Shown here: positions 58,193 through 64,000 of the stretch, in pieces
Position numbering within the stretch: position 1 is the stretch's first letter
Layout of the letters: every line of letters starts with the position of its first letter
Assembly: GCA_020347645.1 (NCBI GenBank)
Contig: CP070736.1
Span: forward strand, 6,451 to 70,450
Length of the DNA stretch: 64,000 nucleotides
DNA from: Methanobacteriota archaeon
GTDB taxonomy: Archaea; Thermoplasmatota; Thermoplasmata; UBA10834
Reading direction: 5' to 3'
Notes under the pieces: model-generated
What the model saw: only the letters and a program-made list of their open reading frames with translations
What the model was told of the DNA's origin: nothing
Database searches by the model: none
Position numbers and translations under genes: made by a program

Positions 58193-58915
58193 TTAATGAT
58201 TCTCCTCGACTGGACAGCTCAGGTCGGAGGACTTATCGCTCGGTCTCACAGGGGATATTCTCTTCGGAGCCTCGATACCGAGTTTACCTTCGATCTTCTC
58301 CAATCTGAATTCCATTTCTGAAAGGCTATGACACAGATCTACGAATGCGTTGACCACAGGGTCTGGGAGCTCGTCATGGTGCAAGTCAATGGTCGTTGTT
58401 CCAACGCGCTTCACTATCTTCGCAGGAATCCCGACAACGGTCGAATTGGGAGGAACGGACTTCACGACGACTGAGCCAGCGCCGACTCGGACATTGTCAC
58501 CGATGGAAATCGGTCCGAGTATGGTCGCGCCTGCTCCGATCACGACGTTGTTTCCAATCGTTGGATGACGCTTCTTCTTCTCGGTACTTACTCCTCCCAG
58601 CGTCACGCCTTGATAGATCGAAACGTTGTTTCCTATCTCGGCTGTCTCACCGATGACAACGCCGGTTGCGTGGTCTATAAAGAAGCTGTCACCTATTATT
58701 GCTCCCGGATGGATATCGGCCCCCGTCAGCACGCGTGCGGCATAGTTGAACGCTCGCGCGGTCTTATAGCGTCGCTTCTCGTAGAGTCTGTGAGCATACC
58801 TGTGAAATCTGATTGCGTGGAGACCCTGGCTGAACAATCTGGCCTCAGTTCTGCTCTTTACCGCCGGATCACGATCCATGACGGTTTGAACATCATTATC
58901 TGAACGCTCAGTCAT
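58193..58915 (-). CDS. cysE: Serine O-acetyltransferase
   Basis: [17 protein letters not shown] and RHPTIG hexapeptide repeats. Confidence 0.95.
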   Translation of the reverse strand: MTERSDNDVQTVMDRDPAVKSRTEARLFSQGLHAIRFHRYAHRLYEKRRYKTARAFNYAARVLTGADIHPGAIIGDSFFIDHATGVVIGETAEIGNNVSIYQGVTLGGVSTEKKKRHPTIGNNVVIGAGATILGPISIGDNVRVGAGSVVVKSVPPNSTVVGIPAKIVKRVGTTTIDLHHDELPDPVVNAFVDLCHSLSEMEFRLEKIEGKLGIEAPKRISPVRPSDKSSDLSCPVEENH

Positions 58916-59846
58916 GAGATTTCTCCTCAAACAGGTCAGTACTCAAATATCTTTCCCCAGTATCAGGCATAATCACCAATACGGACCTTCCAGGACCCAG
59001 GTTCGCTGCCACTCTCAGTGCGCCATGAGCCGCCGCTCCGGATGAAATTCCCAGAAGCAGTCCTTCGCGCAGGGCGAGTTGGCGAGAGGTTTTGACAGCA
59101 TCATTCGTTGACACTCTGATGACCTCATCGTAGATGGTCGTATCGAGTGTTTCGGGAACGAATCCCGCACCGATACCCTGAATCCCATGACTGCCTGGTT
59201 TGTCTCCAGATAGGACAGCGGACTCGTCGGGTTCCACCGCAACGATTCGAATTCCAGGGAACTTCTGTCTAAGGACTCGTCCAACACCAGTAATGGTACC
59301 ACCCGTGCCGACACCCGCGACGAAGGCGTCCAGCGAGTCGAATTCCTCGACAATTTCTTTGGCTGTTGTGCGTTCATGAGTCTCCGGATTCGCTGGATTC
59401 TTGAACTGTTGTGGCATGAAAGCGTTGTCTTTCGAGCGCACGAGTTCCTCCGCCTTCTCGACCGCTCCTTTCATGCCGAGTGCTCCAGGCGTGAGGACTA
59501 TCTCAGCACCCAAGGCCGAAAGCAGCCTTCGGCGTTCTATGCTCATCGTATCGGGCATCGTAAGGATTAGCCTGTAACCCTTGACCGCACACACCATCGC
59601 TAACCCCACGCCGGTGTTTCCGGATGTGGGTTCTACAAGGACCGTTCCCTTCTTGATAATACCGCGACGTTCGCCATCATCGACCATGCCTTTCGCTATG
59701 CGATCCTTGATGGAGCCCATTGGATTAAGGGATTCTATCTTCGCATAGATGTCCGCAGAATCTGCTGGGACGATGCTCTTCAGTCGGACGACAGGAGTAT
59801 TGCCGATTGCCTCCAGTATGCAAGCAGTATTCTCTATTGCGCTCAT
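58908..59846 (-). CDS. cysK: Cysteine synthase A
   Basis: [24 protein letters not shown] and HGIQGIG motifs. Confidence 0.96.
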   Translation of the reverse strand: MSAIENTACILEAIGNTPVVRLKSIVPADSADIYAKIESLNPMGSIKDRIAKGMVDDGERRGIIKKGTVLVEPTSGNTGVGLAMVCAVKGYRLILTMPDTMSIERRRLLSALGAEIVLTPGALGMKGAVEKAEELVRSKDNAFMPQQFKNPANPETHERTTAKEIVEEFDSLDAFVAGVGTGGTITGVGRVLRQKFPGIRIVAVEPDESAVLSGDKPGSHGIQGIGAGFVPETLDTTIYDEVIRVSTNDAVKTSRQLALREGLLLGISSGAAAHGALRVAANLGPGRSVLVIMPDTGERYLSTDLFEEKSHD

Positions 59847-60072
59847 CGATGACTCTTGACAGAGCAATGATTGAGTCGTTATAAATCTTCGTTGCTGAAA
59901 AGCGGTGAATCCCTTTTGGATGTCTCGGGCTCCTCAGATGCTCCGATTCAATCTGAGGGACGTACCATAATTCTTATTTATCGCCGTTATGCTCTTTCAT
60001 CCAAGGCTTTTAAGGGGGGGAGTCAGTAAGCAGCTGGATATCCCTAGAATGCCTGTGCAAAGGAGATATAAG

Positions 60073-60831
60073 ATGAAGGCGACAAAGATGTTTTTGTCAA
60101 TGGTTGCGATGACCGTGATGGTGTTTTCGGTGATGTCCGTATCGGTCCTCGCAGGGCAGAATGGCCATCAGAAGGACAAACCCGAAGTCATGGGATTTGA
60201 GCTAAACCAGAACATCGCATTCGGCGAAGTCGTTGATGGGACTTCCGGTATATATGTGACCGGTGAACTCTTCGACCTGGGGCCGTTCGTGAACGAGACG
60301 AGTGACAAGGATCTGATGGCGCATGGTCAGTCGGTAAACGTCGTCGCCAACCGGTCAGATGACATAATTCTGCACCAGTTCAAATCCGGCGCGAAGATTA
60401 GGACTGAGGGGATCTTGTGGGATCCCGTGCTCGAGGCAGCGGTATACACAATACGCGCCCACTTCGCGATTCAGGAGATAGATCCGATGTCAAAGGCTGT
60501 CATAAGGGATGTCTGAGATGGCACGGTCTCGGAAGGCCTGTAGGCCGACGGTCCTACTGACGCATATTCAGCCGAAGTCAACCAGCTCGGGATGCTGCTC
60601 TACGGCTACAACTGGGACACAAGGACGCTGAACTGCGGTGAGGTAACGTACAGACTTACCTTCACGATTGACGCCGCTCTGCCTGACAACGTGCCTTATA
60701 CGAATACCGAGGCGCAGGATATTGCGATCACTGGAGTTGATGATGTGTCGACAGAATTCACCGATGTGTACTCGAGTTCATCATCGACTTGGATCGAGTT
60801 GACGCTCCTTCCGCCTGGTGGTAGATTGTAG
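60073..60831 (+). pseudogene. Secreted protein gene interrupted by two in-frame stops (TGA 60514-16, TAG 60541-43)
   Basis: SD AGGAGA and signal peptide. ORFs 60073-60516 and 60592-60831 share a frame, and the intervening sequence reads as plausible protein apart from the two stops. Confidence 0.6.
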
Positions 60832-60935
60832 GCGGCTGTCACCAACGATTGTGAGAACGCGATTGGGTGACGGACGTTTAATCGAGCGTCCTCACTCCAA
60901 AACTACTTTCATGGGTTTCTTGCCATGGCTGCAGG

Positions 60936-61307
60936 TCAATGCTGACGGCATATGTTGCAGCCTTTCAGATTTGCCACGACGTTATGCATCTTGCAGAACT
61001 CGTCATCCTCTCGTATGTCCCTACAAGCATCACACAGAATAGAGTGCCATTGATTGCGACTCTCTCCCGCCATGATCCTTCCGGAGATCTCTTTGGCATA
61101 AATGAGGATCTTAGGAAATCGTTCGGTTAATTTGTCATCCCCAGCGCGCGTGGCACTGAGGTACTGGCTGACTGAAGCCTGCGTTATCCCCAACTTTCTT
61201 GCGATTTCGGACTGTTTCATTCCATGTCCATTCGAAAGCTCCTTCACTACTGATGCCCTCAGCGATGGAAGGAACTTGCCGACCACAAGTTCACATGGTG
61301 TTTTCAT
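60936..61307 (-). CDS. Archaeal HTH transcriptional regulator (Cys-containing)
   Basis: PCE...LPSLRA, QSEIARKLGITQASVSQY and C-terminal CxxC. Confidence 0.85.
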   Translation of the reverse strand: MKTPCELVVGKFLPSLRASVVKELSNGHGMKQSEIARKLGITQASVSQYLSATRAGDDKLTERFPKILIYAKEISGRIMAGESRNQWHSILCDACRDIREDDEFCKMHNVVANLKGCNICRQH

Positions 61308-61422
61308 ATTACACACCGTAGTCATTGTATTCAACAGGCAGCGAGCGAGGTATTCTTGGATGCCCTTGCCAATTGCGAAAGAACAACTTGTCTATAAACC
61401 TTTCATTCATAACTGATAAAGA

Positions 61423-61496
61423 TGGGGCCGGGAAGGAGATTTGAACTCCTGTCTGCGGATCTGCAGTCCGCCACATGGCCTCTCTGTCACCCCGGC
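61423..61496 (-). tRNA. tRNA-Cys(GCA) with genome-encoded CCA
   Basis: Acceptor GCCGGGG/TCCCGGC, anticodon arm GCGGA-CTGCAGA-TCCGC, T-arm AGGAG-TTCAAAT-CTCCT. Confidence 0.93.
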
Positions 61497-61640
61497 ACAA
61501 GCACGCATCAATCATCAATTCCGTATTTATTGTTTTCAGCAATGAAGTGAGCAGTCTTTCGGAGGGCCGATAGTCAGTTGACCGTGGACTCTGCGGGAAG
61601 CGAGAATATGCTTTATACTCAGCTGTTGATTGCACAGATC

Positions 61641-62837
61641 GTGAGCCTGGACCCACTCAGCCCGTTCAATGCCCTCGCAAAGCGGTCTCTGCCCGATGAG
61701 ATCACGGTCTATGACAGTACACTCAGAGATGGAGAACAGATGCCAGGGGTCAGATTCAGTTGCGAACAGAAAGTGGCGATTGCACGCAGGCTAGACGAGG
61801 TCGGCGTTCATCAAATCGAAGCGGGATTCCCTGCGGTTTCTGAGACCGAAATGGAATCTGTCAGAGCTGTGGCAGGGCTCGGATTGGATGCGGACATACT
61901 CTGTCTTGCCAGGACAAAGGAGGAAGACATTGATCTCGCCATAAAGTGCGACGTCGATATGGTGCTCCTATTCGTAGCGACGAGCGAAATGCACATGCGC
62001 TACAAACTGAAGGCAGGTCGCGAGCAGGTCTTGGAACGGGCTGTGCGGACCACTGAATACGGCAGAGATCACGGACTCAAGGTCAGCATGAGTACCGAAG
62101 ACAGCACCCGGTCTGATCTCGAATTTATGCTCGAATTGTACAATTCATGCGAGGATGCTGGGGTTGACCGGATCGGAGTTACTGATACTCTCGGATGCGC
62201 ATCACCAGAAGCGGTGTCACACCTCGTACGAGAGATTCGGAGGGGAACATCAACTGCTATATCAGCGCATCTTCACAACGACTTCGGGCTCGCGGTTGCT
62301 AATTCGGTTGCCGCATTGTCGAACGGGGCCGAGGCTATAGCCACTACTGTTGGAGGTTTGGGTGAGAGAGCGGGCAACGTGTCGCTTGAGCAGCTGGTGA
62401 TGGTTCTGAAGAACCTTTACGGAAAGGACATTGGCATATCCACAGAAGGCCTCACTGGACTCGGCGAGCTGGTCTTTCAGTCCGCCGGAATAAAGATGCC
62501 GATCAACCAACCTTGGATTGGCGCAAATGCGTTTTCCCACGAATCAGGTATCCACGTCGCGGCAGTTCTCAATTGCCCGATGACGTACGAGTGCGTCTCG
62601 CCTGAGGCGGTGGGCAACCGTCGTCATCTTGTGTTGGGGAAGCACTCAGGTACGGCGATCGTCCTAAACCGCTTGGGAGAGCGAGGCGTCACGGTTTCGC
62701 AGGAAGAGATATGCAAGATCGTTCGCGAGATCAAACGGATTGGCGAAAAGCAGGGAAGGGTCTCTGATACTGAGTTCTGGGCAATCGTGGATGGAGTGTT
62801 AGGCAAGCCAGAAAGAGAGGATCCATGCAGAGAATGA
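61641..62837 (+). CDS. 2-isopropylmalate/homocitrate/citramalate synthase family
   Basis: DSTLRDGEQ, EAGFP, HLHNDFG, GERAGN and HESGIH motifs. TATA-like TTTATA at 61612 supports the GTG 61641 start. Confidence 0.9.
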   Translation: MSLDPLSPFNALAKRSLPDEITVYDSTLRDGEQMPGVRFSCEQKVAIARRLDEVGVHQIEAGFPAVSETEMESVRAVAGLGLDADILCLARTKEEDIDLAIKCDVDMVLLFVATSEMHMRYKLKAGREQVLERAVRTTEYGRDHGLKVSMSTEDSTRSDLEFMLELYNSCEDAGVDRIGVTDTLGCASPEAVSHLVREIRRGTSTAISAHLHNDFGLAVANSVAALSNGAEAIATTVGGLGERAGNVSLEQLVMVLKNLYGKDIGISTEGLTGLGELVFQSAGIKMPINQPWIGANAFSHESGIHVAAVLNCPMTYECVSPEAVGNRRHLVLGKHSGTAIVLNRLGERGVTVSQEEICKIVREIKRIGEKQGRVSDTEFWAIVDGVLGKPEREDPCRE

Positions 62838-62869
62838 TAGGTGCAGGCGTATGCCAAATAGCGACTCTT

Positions 62870-63652
62870 CTAGTCTAGCGACACTATTCTTCCCGAGGGA
62901 CTCAATCGCCGTCTTCCGAGATCTTCCAGGGATGCTAGCACATCTCCAGAGAAGACTGGGCCTTCCGAACACACATGTCTCCCATCGATTGCGCATGAGT
63001 CGCATATGCCTATTCCGCATTTGATGTACCTCTCTAATGATGCCTGGAAAGGAAGTCCGTGTTCTTCGCTTAGACGGAAAGCACTGACGATCATTTTCTC
63101 CGGTCCGCATGCGCAGACGCAATCGTACTCAGCGGTTTGCAGAAGCCTGCGGGCGATATCCGTCGCCAGCCCCTTCGTCCCTGAGCTGCCATCGTCGGTC
63201 GAGATGTGAACGTTTGCCCCTGCCATTTCGCATCTCTCCTTCATTATGAGCTCGGACTCAGTCTTTGCTCCGAGTACCAGATCGACATCTGCTCGTTCTT
63301 CCATAGCCAAATCGACCAGAGGCGCTATCACAGCCATTCCGACTCCTCCGGCTATAGCCAGCATCCTTCGCCCTTGTACTTCAAAACCTCTCCCGTAGGG
63401 CCCTCGGATACCAACCTTCTCTCCGGGATTCATCGTCGATAGCGAGCGGGTACCTTCCCCCACGATCTTGTATGTAAGTCCAAAGCCCTCTCCCACATAG
63501 GATACGGACATGGGAAACTCATCCTCTCTTGGCAGCCAGACCATCACGAACTGTCCAGGATCCGCGTGAAGGCTCCCTCTAAACCTAACCGTCCTGCATG
63601 CTTTTGCCTCATCGATTTGGTCAGCGATTGTGAAGACTCTAAGCTCGGTCAT
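62870..63652 (-). CDS. pyrK: Dihydroorotate dehydrogenase electron transfer subunit
   Basis: PGQFVM, RGPYGRGF, CGP and CGIGICDSC...VCSEGPVF motifs. Confidence 0.92.
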   Translation of the reverse strand: MTELRVFTIADQIDEAKACRTVRFRGSLHADPGQFVMVWLPREDEFPMSVSYVGEGFGLTYKIVGEGTRSLSTMNPGEKVGIRGPYGRGFEVQGRRMLAIAGGVGMAVIAPLVDLAMEERADVDLVLGAKTESELIMKERCEMAGANVHISTDDGSSGTKGLATDIARRLLQTAEYDCVCACGPEKMIVSAFRLSEEHGLPFQASLERYIKCGIGICDSCAIDGRHVCSEGPVFSGDVLASLEDLGRRRLSPSGRIVSLD

Positions 63653-64000
63653 CGTGTGCTACCCCCACAATGTCCGAGATCGATTCGTATCCGTTATCGC
63701 TCATGAACTTTGTCAATCCCCAACATACTTCTGAAAAGACCGCTGTTCCCTGTGATCGAACAGCAGTCCCAATCTGGACGGCCCTAGCACCAGCCATGAA
63801 GTACTCGAGAGCGTCTCGTGCCGTCGACACGCCTCCGACCCCTATGATCGGTATTTCCACGGCTTCAAAGATTTCGAACACGGACCTGACGCCAACGCTC
63901 CTTATCGCCGGTCCTGATAATCCGCCCACGCGGTTTGACAGTACGGGCGCTCTGAGTTCCGGGCAAATCGTCATCCCCTTAAGGGTGTTGATCGCGACTA
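63639..64000 (-). CDS. pyrD: Dihydroorotate dehydrogenase catalytic subunit (5'-truncated by window edge)
   Basis: INTL, GGLSGPAI, PIIGVGGV and AGARAVQIGT motifs. Confidence 0.92.
   Translation of the reverse strand, partial: VAINTLKGMTICPELRAPVLSNRVGGLSGPAIRSVGVRSVFEIFEAVEIPIIGVGGVSTARDALEYFMAGARAVQIGTAVRSQGTAVFSEVCWGLTKFMSDNGYESISDIVGVAHDDRA

Noticed and set aside
59932-59958. 8-bp inverted repeat CCTCAGAT...ATCTGAGG upstream of cysK
   Set aside because: Single occurrence. It could be an operator or chance, and no second copy was found.
59870-61423. Possible integrated element at the 3' end of tRNA-Cys
   Set aside because: No integrase and no duplicated tRNA 3' end (att site) found in the window.
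1-64000. CRISPR arrays, IS elements, rRNA, and the many long antisense ORFs in the track
   Set aside because: No repeat-spacer pattern, transposase or rRNA signature seen. The antisense ORFs are shadows of well-supported genes.

Overview
Gene-dense archaeal chromosomal window. Archaeal-type PheS/TrpS/GltX, rpl18e-rpl13-rps9-rpoN-tRNA-Pro, thermosome, PAN, Hef and archease occur together with grpE-dnaK-dnaJ; Thermoplasmatota, probably a relative of Methanomassiliicoccales, is my inference from gene content. Most of the window is housekeeping: translation, chaperones, DNA repair, and cysteine, pyrimidine and cofactor metabolism. I found two tRNAs (Pro-GGG, Cys-GCA) and no CRISPR array, rRNA or transposase. 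The standout is a compact four-gene operon at 10781-13043 encoding a eukaryote-like ubiquitination module: E1 (ThiF/UBA), a ubiquitin-like protein ending in -GG, an E2 with HPN and a catalytic Cys, and an Rpn11/CSN5-like JAMM protease. No E3 is present at the locus. Secondary observations: a CBS-HPF/RaiA fusion (candidate ribosome hibernation factor), a Hef with a degenerate ERCC4 nuclease motif, an AGT-EndoV fusion, probable CTG start codons, a tRNA-Cys with C73, a gene broken by two in-frame stops at possible Trp positions, two small Zn-ribbon ORFs below the ORF-track cut-off, and a wHTH-STAND-TPR protein. All calls come from motif reading by eye; no database search was run.
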